Under the pieces are notes generated by a model. That model ran no database searches, was not told the origin of the DNA, and saw nothing but the letters and a program-made list of their open reading frames with translations. From Lingula anatina (Eukaryota; Animalia; Brachiopoda): DNA of 64,000 nt. The translations under genes and the position numbers were made by a program. The stretch is taken from positions 2,480,001 to 2,544,000 of the forward strand of contig CM120642.1 of assembly GCA_051362555.1 (NCBI GenBank), in the 5' to 3' direction. Positions 48,479 through 60,600 of this stretch are shown in pieces; the first letter of the stretch is position 1; each line of letters opens with the position of its first letter.

Positions 48479-51207
48479 AGCAGGTTATGACAAATGATTG
48501 CCTGTCAGGCCTACCTTTTAAAATGCACATTTGCAGTTATCTTTTTGATGTATATCCCGAGCTTCCCTGTCGCCTTACTTAACTTCATAGCGTATTACAT
48601 GTATTTCCAGGAGCCTTGGTTTTATTTTTTCTTCTTGGGACCAGCTTTGCTCTTTGTCCTGGATAAAACAGTCAGCCTAAGCAGGTTTTCCCATCCAGTG
48701 GACGTCATACGCTCCGATATATTACCGTCTGGTATGTAATATACTATACTCATTTATTTCATATTGTCAGTTTTGATGGCTTAATATTAAACAGCACAGA
48801 GCGTTGCATAATTTCACCAAAAGAATTACAAGAATTTTCAGATGTTAACCGTTTATCATTTATCATTTTAGTTATGGGTCTAATTCTATAAGTGTCTGAT
48901 TTCAATACAATCACCACAATAAATTCAACCAATTGCAATTAATCTATTGTTACATGTAGATTTGTACTTTTTTTGGGATTTGTACTATTGTAGTTTTTTT
49001 ATCCTGTCAGTAAATGTGCTTTCTTAGTCGGTCAAAAGTCTTTGAATTCTGAATGATATTTTAGAGCATTTGAATTTATATCTGAATCAAAATTTCTTTC
49101 GTATACGCACAACCACCTTCCACTTCAGACGTGACATTTCTTGAGATCCACAAGCCAACAGGGTTCAGTTTTAAAGCCGGGGAGTGGATACGACTCGCCA
49201 TCAAGGGGTACAATGAATTTGAGTACCACCCGATCACCATCGGCTCGGCACCGCACGAGGAAACGCTGAAGGTGTACATCCGGGCGGTTGGTCCTTGGAC
49301 GCGGAAAGTGAAGAAACTTTTTGACCCCAGTAATGTGCAACAGTCCCTGAGACAGGTAGGACGTTGACGGAGTTAGGACTTGAGATTTAAAAGATTCTGA
49401 AGTATTGATCAAAATGTGTTGTTATGCCCTTCAAATTTTCTGTTGCCATTCCGTCACTTTCTTCTCTCAAGATTATGGTTGTTTTATCAAGATATAATTG
49501 ATAACTTATGCAGAGATGCATGACCAGTGCGAAATGAAAAAGATAAAGAATGGCGTATTTTATTATTGGCAACTTTCATGGAATTTTAGCCTGGTTTGAT
49601 TAATAAAGTAAAATTAGTTAAAAGTGGTCGAAGTTTTCAAAGAGAAGTCAATTTTTCCGGATATTCAGGTTTACATCGACGGTCCCTTTGGCAGTGCGTC
49701 CCAGGATTGGTCTAACTATGACGTCACTGTGATGGTGGGGGGCGGGATCGGCGTCACACCATTTGCCTCGATCCTGAAACACATCATTTTCCTTGCACAG
49801 ACCGATGGAAGGATAAGCTGTACTAAGGTGATGACAATACACTCGCTGTTATCTACTGGCATAGGTGCTCGTATTGAAACTGCACAGTCAACACTCTCCA
49901 CGGGGGTCTTCTCTTCTTACCTCTCTGTTCAGACCAAATTTCTTAGAATACATTGGTTTTCCGAAGTAGAATATCATTCTTTCCAATTTTAATTGTTTGA
50001 AATTATGTAGTGTTGAATATGGCGATGAAGCAAGCCCTATCAATAGGCCTACGTATTGGGATCTACTGACAGAAAAATGTCACAAAACAACATAACAATT
50101 ATAGTTATAATTAAAATGCATAAATAGTTCACTGAATACAACAATCCGTTTGTTATGATGCCTGTATGTTGGTTGTAACTCTCCATAAAAGCTTGATTTT
50201 AATGTGATCTATGTAATTTAATATAATTTGTTCGATTACATATTAAAATTGTAAAGCAATTACAGATCTACTTTGTGTGGGTGTCAACCGACCAGCACCA
50301 GTTTGAATGGATGATTGATATCATACGAGAGGTAGAGGAACACGACCTGCAGGCTCTGGTCCACATCAGTCTGTTTATTACACGCTTCTATAAGAAATAT
50401 GACCTCCGCACATTACTCATGGTGAGTTAGGGTCTGAATTATGGACTGTTTATGATCAGTTTTGATTTTTTTTATTATCAGTGTATTGTCGCTATAGCCT
50501 TCCCATGGCCAGGTGTGGTTTTTAGGTGTGACTCAGTACTTTAAGATTACTGAGATTTCATCAACATACCTGTATTTGTCCTTATTTCAGTATCTGTGCG
50601 AGAGACACTTTATCCGTGTATCTGGTCGCAGTCTACTGATGGGACTTCAGTCTCCACTGTACTTCGGCCACCCGAACTTTGACTTACTTCTGAAAAGTGT
50701 GGGAAAGAATCATAGCTCGGTAAAATTATATTTTGATCTATTTACTTATCAGCACTTTAACTGTGCCTTTGTCTGCACTTGTACTTTTAAAATAGATCCA
50801 TATTTACACGCTGTATTTAACATATAAATATAAGCGAAACCATTAGATCCGATTTATTAGTAGTGCACGTCTTATTTATTCTAATTTCGATGTTGTTCTG
50901 TGGTAAATAGGTAGATGCTTGGATCAAAATACTTTAGTAGTTATAACCTTATGTGTATACTTATTGCAAACTTGCACAGAATGACCAGAAAATTACGCTG
51001 AAATAACGTTGAGAATAATCAGAAGTGTCAAGATTGGGTCTTGGATGTTCATGAAAGGCAAAAACGTTCCTATTTTACCTCCAGGTGAAGAGAATAGGCG
51101 TGTTTTCCTACGGACCACCCCAAATGGTGAAATCGGTGGCCAAGGCCTGCTTCGAGAGAAACAAGACGTCCAAGATGATATATGAGCATCATGAAGAGGT
51201 TTATTAA
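34408..51207 (+). CDS. DUOX: Dual oxidase (peroxidase-like domain, EF-hand region, NOX ferric-reductase/FAD/NADPH domains), 32 exons, ~1547 aa
   Basis: Exons 34408-34459, 36411-36548, 36846-37004, 37350-37540, 37987-38191, 38389-38555, 38917-38977, 39208-39304, 39614-39707, 39995-40088, 40578-40750, 41575-41753, 42047-42165, 42471-42608, 43138-43305, 43528-43736, 44168-44353, 44563-44800, 45309-45402, 45852-45994, 46175-46274, 46621-46802, 47124-47357, 47581-47677, 47811-47860, 48008-48168, 48611-48731, 49129-49355, 49669-49827, 50266-50421, 50591-50719 and 51085-51207 give 4644 nt with no internal stop. Motifs: signal peptide, [39 protein letters not shown], four TM heme His, DGPFG and [11 protein letters not shown]. 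Confidence 0.93.
34560..36048. mobile_element. hAT-like non-autonomous element with 5-bp TSD in DUOX intron 1
   Basis: Termini caggggcgtaac and gttacgcccatg, with CTTTA on both flanks (34555-34559, 36049-36053). The subterminal direct repeat aaaaattgtacgcacag occurs near both ends. Confidence 0.7.
34665..35182. mobile_element. hAT-like MITE nested inside 34560-36048
   Basis: Termini cagggccgta and tacggccctg, with flanks catat/catgt (imperfect 5-bp TSD) and G/C-run subterminal motifs. Confidence 0.65.
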
Positions 51208-52396
51208 TTTTGTGAAAGTTTCGGTTGAATCGATGTAAAGAAATGGAAAGGTGTGGATTCGTGGTTTAGGACTTGAAATAATTCAACTTAAAATTGCTAG
51301 TACCAAGGTGTATTTTAAATTGATACTTATGTGTAGAAATGTGGAATGAGTCGCGTGGATTTTTACGCAAATGAAACCAATGAGAAGTGGTCGTTGTTCT
51401 GGAATGATTCATCGCGGATTTAAAGTGAAAGTAACGAAAGAGACCGACTTACTTCGGCCTGTTATAAGAGCACAGCCACTGAGCAACCGGAACCGGAGGT
51501 AACATTGTGACAGCGACTCCCTCTATCAATGCTTCTCGTAATCCTGATACGTCTATAAGCTGGTTAACGTGGTCATTTCACCGGACACTGACATTCCTTT
51601 GCCACAGTGTGGCATTCCGAAATTATGCTCACATGGTCCCTACATTTATATAGTATCGTTTATCATATATATATATATGTATGAATATTTACAACTGAAG
51701 ATTTTTGTACAGCATATGTTCGAACGCTGTTCTCACCTTGGCATTACACGCGTTATGTTAACCCGCATCAGATGAAGCCCTTTGTAAATTATTATTTTCA
51801 CGTTGTTTATCAATATATACACGTTAGTTGTCTGGAAGTTTGTTTTCATAGATATGTATTTATTGCGTTAATTGTCAATAAAAATATTTGTGCAATCTGT
51901 ATATGATTGTTTGTGAGCTATATTGGACGGGCTGATCAACCCTTTCTTACAATGATCAAATTATGTATTCTTTAAACTTTAGCGGACACCTTTATCCTCC
52001 AGTACGTATGGTATATTTACTGTTATAATCAAAGTATCATATTGCTGATGATTCTTTGAAAATGAAGGATTAAAATATAAGCATGCAAGCTAAGTATGAA
52101 CCTCACTGTTCATGTGTACTTTATACAAAGTAATTATATACTTCTTAAGAGAATATGATACTAGGTTGTGGCCCGGACTCTTAACCAGAGTCATGTTTTT
52201 AAAAGTGTAGAGGTCTTCGAACATGTTCTCGGGATACTCGGTGCTGTCCTCTTCCTTTTGAATAGGACTTCTAGAAAGAAAGCGGACGGAAGCATACTAA
52301 ATTCCTGCCAAGTTGTGACAGAAGTTAGTTTCTAGTAATATCTGAAACTGGGCGTGTATTTGGGACGTTTTTACAAGAAGACTAATTATCACACGG

Positions 52397-52512
52397 GGTT
52401 ACTGGTTATTCAGCTGGGATTTTAGAGGAAGCACTTGGTTTACTGGTCATAGCTGGATATTTTTCAGGAAACATTTGGGTTACTTGGTATAGCTGGGATT
52501 TTAGAGGAAGCC
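52397..52512. repeat. Short minisatellite, ~3 x 40 bp
   Basis: ggttactgg..(t/c)agctgggattttagaggaagc is repeated three times with variation. Confidence 0.7.
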
Positions 52513-53140
52513 CTTGAGAGAATTAAACCACAGAAAAGGATGCCGGGGTGGATGCCGGATTCAAATGCCGGAGACTGACAAAAAAAATAACACCCATCCT
52601 CTGGAATGTTTCTATTGCAAAATATCCTAAAACTTCCGCATTCATAACGCTTGAATTAAAATTTCACTTAATTTGACAAAAGGGAATATGAACAACCCCA
52701 CTGTTATTAAAAAAATAAATGTAAATGTTCCCCGCAAATTTAATTTAAAAAAATCTCGATTTTTCAAAACGTACGCAAAGGACAATGCACGATATATAAA
52801 TTTATTTACACTGATATACTGTACAATATACAATCCAAGAGAACAGAGACCGATGATGAAGAATCACTGGAACTGGGAAAATATCTTATATCTCGTATGT
52901 TAAGATACTTCATGGTATATTACCACTTCATAGGATAAGAATTACTACTTCATGATAGAAGGCGACTTCATTGGTTAAAAAATAAGGACCCTTAGGAGAC
53001 TTCGTAGTATATTACCACTTCATGGTACATTGTATCCAAACATGTTTCAGTTCTGGTTGGATGTGGAAATTAGGCGTAAAGGTCGATATGAATTTTCATT
53101 CTAGACCATGATTTCCAGAGTGACGCGAGTATTTGAAATG

Positions 53141-53197
<57 letters not shown>

Positions 53198-55529
53198 GGG
53201 AGTAACATTACTCACTCTCATGATAGTGCGTATTTTATCTCGTTGAAGTTTAATGAAGCTGTTATTTTCAGATGTTCTCGTAGATACCCGTGAGATTAAC
53301 TTCTATAAATATTGTACTTTATTTCAAGAGCTCCGGTCCAGTGACGGAAAGCATAAAGCTAGTTTTTTGTTTTACCCATTTAGTTTTGAGATTTTTCAGA
53401 TTTCAGGACGATTAAAAACTGACAATATTTGGACGTTGAATCATGGCGGGTCTAAGGCACTAGATGTATAAGACAAACGAAGTGTATAAATAAACACATT
53501 GCCTGCCTTTAAACTAGGGCATAAAACTGACCATGTGTGGTTTGATTGGCGGCGCAGGCTTATAGATGTGGCTAGTACATATAGCAAGAATGTATGTCTT
53601 TCCACTGTAGGTAGAGAACTCTACTAGGCAGAGAGGTTTTAATTTTGCTCCACACTAGGTGTACATTAATATCTTTAACAAACCGTCTATTCCATTATTC
53701 GTGTTATAGAAGTATCTCTTTTGTAACTATGACGTAAATGTTCTGACTTGCAATAACAAGCTGTAAAAATAGGCTTTTCTATTGATATGCAACATAAATG
53801 TTTCGAAAATATTTCGGTCGTTTAAAAAGATTGACCTCCTGGCCTATATACTTAATGAAAACGCTTAGGTCGGAAAGTCTGAAATCTGAATGATTTGAAA
53901 CGGTCAACTGCCCAGATAGATGTTGGGGAGAATGAAATACTGGGGATTCATAAAACTGGTGTAGAGCCGCATTTTGCAACTGCAACGCATTTTGCAACCA
54001 AAGAAAATCGTGAAAACGAATTTTTCAACCGGAACGCATTTTGCAACCAGAGTTTTTTCTAAGTCAATAAATAGCTAGTGTGAAGTTCTATAGAGGTAAA
54101 ATTGGAATGGGGACGGGGTTGTCTGGGCTAGGAACGCTTACATTGGTCAAGCTTTCCCTGTGGTGGATAATTTATTATATACATACATAATCTATTTCAC
54201 ATTGTTACTTCCTAAACCATCATAGTTAGGAACTTGATACATCGGGGATTAATAAACCTATCATTATAGAAATTTGCAAAGGCTCTTCGGAATTCAATTG
54301 TGACTTGGGGTGTGGTCGACCCTGGGGGTGGTCTATTCTAATTTTTCATCGTATTTTATGCTAGGAACATGAAACGTGGCTACATACTATTTTGAATGTG
54401 GAAGGGCACTTCGGATCTTTTTTTTTTTTTTTTTTTTTTTTTTGGGGGGGGGGGGGGGGGGGGCTGGGGGCGGTTGAGTCTAATTGGCATTGTTATTCCT
54501 GCTTCCTCAGACCAATAAAGCTGGGGACGTAAGGCTATGGGGATTGAAAAATCTGTCTTTGGGGATGTGTATGGGTCCTTCTGGGTTTTTGTGACATTGG
54601 GTGTGGCCGTCCCTGGGGAGATTGATTTTAAATTTTACATCGTTATTCGTGCTTCTACCCTTACGCCATTACAGTTGGGAACATGAAACCTTCCGGGCTG
54701 ATAAGCTTACCATTGAGGATATGCATCTAGGTTTCTGGGAATGTTAGTATGATATTTCAGGTGTGGCTATCCCGGGGGTGGTTGATTCAATTTTTCACAA
54801 CTTTATTTCTGCCATCTATACCCTTAAATTTTAATGAACACGAAACGGAGATTGATGAACCAGTCATTTTAATGAATGTGCATGGGTCCTTGAGAAATGT
54901 AGAGAACAGCAGAAGCACATACAGAACTAAATGGACTTCCAGCCATATGCATAAATATAGGTCAGGGAATCCAATTAAAAACTAATTCAAGGCCCCACAA
55001 ACTCGATCAGGAATCCTAGCGTTTAACTGCTGATGTGTCTTAACAAAAAACCAAAAAACAAAAATGTTTATTTTCCAAGAGCAGTAATTAACATATGTGT
55101 TTTATGTTAAAGAACAATGGGACTTGGACCCTAGGATTCCTGGGAGTATGGGGTCTTGAATGGGTTTTAATTAACTTGACCTATATTCAAGAATACGACT
55201 GAAGGTCTGTTATTTAGTCTGCTGTTTGCTCTACATTTCCCCTTCCTTCTTAACTCGAAGACCACCATCAGATTCACACATAGGATGTAGTACTAGCTGG
55301 GTCGGTCCAACTCTGCAAGGAATCTTAAGTGCAATCTATGGAATCAGCTTCATTGCCTGACAAACCACTAATCACTCCACCCCCTAGGGACGGCCACACC
55401 CCAAGTCACACTAGCCCACCCATGCACCAAAGACTCATGGTCCTAATTCGAATGGTCTAGGGGGAGATGAAATAAATTACGGTAATATATATGTGTACCA
55501 TCCCCAGGGACAGCCACACCCCAGGTCAC

Positions 55530-55561
<32 letters not shown>

Positions 55562-55659
55562 CCTATGCACACCCCGACATTTTAGTTTCCTCAACCTAAA
55601 GACCTATGGGTATATAGCAGAAAATACAATTTAAAGATAATAATAGTCAACCACCCCTA

Positions 55660-57045
55660 CACACACTGGACAAAAGAAGTGTCACCCCCTAACTAAGAGT
55701 AATGAAAGTAGGCAGATCTTGGGTACTTATAATGCCTGGTCTACTTATAATGTGACTAATGAGTATAAAACCGCTATACCATGGAATTGTATTGTTGGTC
55801 TTGTACATGTACAGCAAATGTTATTCCTGTCTTCCTCCAGTATGGCAAGATACAGGTAATTATCTAACGGTTATAGGTGCAAGTTATTAACCTGAAGAGG
55901 CGGAATATAAGCAATGTCAGAATATCGATACAATTGAATTGTTCAGTCAGAACCGTGCAGAGGGTCTGGTCTCGGTATAGAAACACTGGATCAAGAGACA
56001 AATTGCCTCTGATGGGTCGTCCAAGAAAAAATACTGGCCGTGAAGACCGACGACTGATTTTGATGTCCAGGTTGTCAAAGTTCGACACTGCTTGTCAGTT
56101 GACAACACAGTGGAACAATTTCACACATAAGAATGTGTCTGTGAAAATTGCTAGGCGTCGGTTACATGCTCAGAGAGTGTACAGCAGGGTAGCAAGACTG
56201 AAACCTCTTATATCGTTACAAAACAGGCAACGTAGAGTAAACTAGGGTCAACAGGATCTGGAACTGGACAGTTCATGACAATTGGTCCTATATATTTTTT
56301 CTGATGAGTGTCGCTTTGGTCTGACCTCTGATGACAGACGGGTACTATGCTGGCAAACTGCTGGTAAAGCATTTGAACCACATGCACTGAATTTTCGAAC
56401 CCGGAGCAGCATATTCATCATGGTGTGGGGCTGCATCAGCATCCATGGCTTGGGCGAATTGATAGTGGTTAATGGAAACATGAATCACTAGAAATATATC
56501 GATGTTTTGGAGTCAGGCTTGCTACCATCTATTACTAACATGTTTGGTGAAAGGAATTATCCATCTGTTCACCAGGATGACAATGCTCCTTGTCACAGGC
56601 CCAGAGCAGTTGATGATTGGTTTGACCAACAGGACATTCGCAGGGTGATGTGGCCTGCCCAGAGTCCGGATACAAACATAATAGAAAATGTGTGGAATGA
56701 TATGTCAAAACTGTTTACAAATGCCCGTCTAACCAGCAGAGAAACTCTGTTATATTCAGTGTTTCATGCTTGGGCCAGCATAAGCCCTGAACGCATCAGA
56801 CAATTAAATGAATCCTTGCTTCGTGGACTGGCACCTATTATTAGGTCACGTGGCTATGCCACAAAGTACTAATTTTGGACTTGAAACTACATATTTTGGT
56901 AGAATGTATATTTTGTTCTCATTTTGTGATTTTTTGTGAAATTTGATGTTAATAAAATGATACCAGGAGCATATCATTCCACAGTCATTTATCTCCCCCA
57001 TAGTATTGGCTCAGTAGGGGTGACACTTCTTTTGTCCAGTGTGTG
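55660..57045 (+). mobile_element. Tc1-family DNA transposon, full length but inactivated
   Basis: TIR cacacactggacaaaagaagtgtcacccc at both ends with TA flanks (55658-59, 57046-47). Inserted within the 52898-57453 element. Confidence 0.93.
55842..56872 (+). pseudogene. Tc1 transposase pseudogene (DD34E)
   Basis: GRPRK linker, FSDE, MVWGCI, HQDDNAPCH...WPAQSPDTNIIENVW (34 residues between the second D and E) and a terminal RGYATKY. Broken by stops (e.g. TAG 56243, TAG 56489) and frameshifts. Confidence 0.92.
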
Positions 57046-57697
57046 TAGGTCACCAAAGTCACCAAAAATCCGAAGGACACGTGCACATCCCTAATGGCAA
57101 GTTTAAATATCCCCAACGTCTCATGTTCCTCACTTTAATGGATAGAGGATACCAGTAACAACGATATAAAAAATATATACCCCCCCCAAAGGACTGCAAA
57201 GTCCCAATACTAAAGGTCTACGGGTAGATAGCAGAAATTACGATGTAAAAATTACAATCAACCACATATTTCAAAAACGTTCTCTCTCGTAGCGTTGGGC
57301 CAACAACAGGTACTATTTCATCATTATCCCATGAAGTCGCAGGCAATATCTTATGTGGAGATGAAGTCGCAATTTATCCTATGAAGTCGATTTGACAGTA
57401 AAATCAGAGCATTTATCCCATGAAGTGGTAATATACCATGAAGTATCTTAACACTCGTATTTCCATTGAATTCAACTTTAGACGAGAAGGCTTTGTGAAA
57501 AGCCACTATGTCAGATGACAGACTGAATTTTCACTGACGAATAATCTGGCGAAATAAAACAAGCAAATGATGTTTTATCACAATTATCATTATTTGCTTA
57601 TGCGGCAGTTATTCGAACGTTTACTCGAATATTCAATGTAACTATGTTTCTCTCATGAGGCGAAAGTGTAGAAATATTATGCTCATAACTCTTCATC

Positions 57698-60600
57698 TCA
57701 ACTGCTGTCATCTGCGTAATCCAGCTTCCAGTGTCCTCCACACAGACACATCTTAGACCAGCGCTGGTCCCACGCCTTCATGGCCGCGGTCTTACTGGTA
57801 CTCCTCAACAGAGACAGACTACCACACCGCAGACACCGCCGAACATCTTCAGCCGGTGACGAACCAATGAAAATCTGCCTTACAACATCACGCAAGGCGT
57901 TGGTGTGATACTGTCCCTCAGTCCAAGACGAGACCAAGTTGGGTTTGTGAGCACCCTCTGGCGGATGGTTTATGATAAATCTCTGTGGGTGCTGTAGAGC
58001 AAGCTGTAAAGCCATGGGTGATGACATTATAACATGCTGCTCTACACAGGGCACCATCAACTGGCTGGGAAGGGAGCAACACTCATCCACCAAAGCCTCG
58101 TCATATTCGGCGTTCCCACCGTCCTTACAAATGCCCCAGAGCTTAGTCAGGAGCTTAAACAGCAGGGCCAGACAGTCCAGGTTGGACGCCGTGGTGATGA
58201 AGTGGGGCAGACAGCTGCTGCTGATGAGTCCCCACACCCTGAAGATCACAAGGAGTTCCCGCAGTGTGTTGATAGCCACAGGGTCGTGGATGATGGTGGC
58301 CCCGGGGTGGCCAGGGTATGTCTGGTACAGAGCCAGCGAGGCCAGTAAGGACAGGCTGAAGTCGGCAACCCACTGGATGAGGGGCTGTAAGGACTGGAGT
58401 GTGGCTGGAAAGAAATTGGATTCAAGTTTCATGACTGCACTTGAGTACTGAGTGCCAATTAAGAGAAAAGACTGATGGTAACCTTTGCGATGAATGCAAC
58501 TATTTCCTTTTCACTTATGGAAGTAAAATTTATGTACTTCATTAAAAATATACACTATCCTGCAATCTTTAATAACGCATACAATGTGCTATAAACAACA
58601 TTACAAACATTTCAAACAAGTGTCAAAGCCAGTCATTGCACATGAATTCAAAGCAAAGCTTTAAAAATGTGCTCAATAACGCTTACTGCATGGGTCAAAG
58701 TTGTAAAAACTGATAATGATAAGGTATCTGGGAGTCAGGGGCAATCAAAATGTAATGGCATAATCCAGATAACTTTCACCCATGTTATTGGAAAAAAAGA
58801 ACTTTGTCCAACCTGGTTCTACAACATAGTCCTTGTTTTCCACATTGAGGCTCATCATGACCTTGTCAAGGTCAGGCTCCATGACCTTACTACACGAGGC
58901 AGCTAGCCTCTCTGCTGGGCTCTGAAATGGAAATCAGTGTCAAAGAAATTATCAATTAATAATGATATGTAAAAGGGTAATGATTTAAAAAGAGATGGAC
59001 AAGGACTAGGTATATTTCAATGGGAAAGTCGAGCAGAAGAAAAAAACGGTGTACATAATGCACGTCCTAGTGTACGATTGACTGAATGCTATTTTATGCA
59101 CAAAATTTGTCTATTTTCTTCAAAGTGACTCTAACTACATTCCAGTGAGGACAGATAATTCAGACTTGGAAAATAACTTTTTGAATCCAATTCATTAACC
59201 TTGACATACTATCCACTAGTCTAGTCTAACAGCAGTAACACGTCTTCATAATAGTAAGTGAAAATTTAAAAAAAATCACAAAAAGATTCGCCACCCAAAT
59301 GTGGTGCACAAACTACCTTATCCTGTGAGCCGAGTGCTTTAGGTCTCAGTATGGACTTGAATGCTGTAGAGATGGAGAACAGCAGCAGCTTGGTGTGACA
59401 GTCTCCAGCCTTCCCCTGCCCTCCACTGGAGTGTTTATACAGAGCAGCTTTCAGGGCAAGGAATCGGGTCTTCAGCAGCTCCTGCATGTGGTTGGGCTGC
59501 TTCATGTAGTCATCTGACAGACGCTGGATCACTGTGTCTATACTTCCTGGTGAGGAATAGTGTATATAAGGTTTTATTGAAAAGCATATAAGATTATATG
59601 AGGAGGACTATGGATGCTTTTTTTGCCTTTAATCTATATACTTATCTTATTGATTACTTTTACTTATATCGCAAGGTGTAATAAAGCTCTGCAAGATGTT
59701 ATATATGATTTTATTCATCTAATCCAAATGAAAGACATAACTGGCATATATATCCTTTTTATTTAACTTTGTGATGAAACTGTATAGTCAAAATAATAAT
59801 GAACGTGAAAATAATAATAAACATGAAAATAATAATAACAGTATTAATAATGAAAGAACTGACAAAAGCTACACTGGAAAAAATCTGAATTCTTTCTTGG
59901 CTTTACAACATATCTATCATTGAATTTTGTGATAAAAGAGTACATGGCAATAAACATACATATTAACTGAAGTAAAAGAAAAACCCAAAATATCTCAGTA
60001 CCTACCAGGTTTCACCACAGCCAGCACATCCCACCAGTCACGGCCTGTCAACAGCACATACTCAAACAGCGAGGTGATGTGCGACAGCGGTGCCTGCATG
60101 GCAGGGTCACGTGTGTTCAACAACTTCAACATGTACATCTGGTCCTGAGAATCCATCAACAGGGCCACTGAACCTGTATAACTCTGCTCGATGCACACAG
60201 CATGGAGGCTGGCTCTTCTCCTCTTCTCAGGAAAACCAGTTACTGTATAAGAAGAATGCCTCACAGTCTCCAAATTAAATGACGCTATGATGCCAAATGT
60301 GTACAAGTTCACCATTTTGACTGTGCCATCTCTGAAGGCGATCAAGATGCACTTGGGGAGGAGGGGGTTGGACTCTGGCTTTGTCAGGGCGCTGGGGTAC
60401 CTTGGCATGGCCACACTTGACACTGGACTGGAGTGGGAAAGATTAGACCTCAGAACCCACTTCAGCAATTTGAATGGTTGCCGAGTGTCTGTGTTGAGAT
60501 TGCCCTGAAAGAATTTGTGCAAGCCTACAGCCTGCTCCTGGAGATGCCAGCTCTCCATGCAGGACAACTGATCAGTCTCCGACCAAACCAAGATGGTGTC

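Larger units (their letters stand above)
52898..57453. mobile_element. Composite foldback DNA element with TGT..ACA termini and 6-bp TSD
   Basis: The perfect 34-bp TIR tgttaagatacttcatggtatattaccacttcat occurs at both ends, with TSD CTCGTA at 52892-52897 and 57454-57459. Further inverted arms are symmetric about ~55075 (e.g. 54900-55020 vs 55131-55236). Confidence 0.8.

Noticed and set aside
34408-51207. DUOX as a pseudogene, given its motif losses
   Set aside because: All 32 exons splice in phase with canonical GT-AG sites and no stop, and the partner DUOXA is intact.
53240-54060. Possible further nested elements (HINE-like end near 53520; gcattttgcaac repeats at 53969-54048)
   Set aside because: Boundaries and TSDs could not be established, so they are not reported as separate features.
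58405-58449. MED16 last exon starting at the acceptor near 58448 or at the ORF-track Met 58432
   Set aside because: The 58448 acceptor gives an in-frame stop. The acceptor at 58405-58406 restores VEPATLQSLQ in frame, so MKLESNFFP is intronic.
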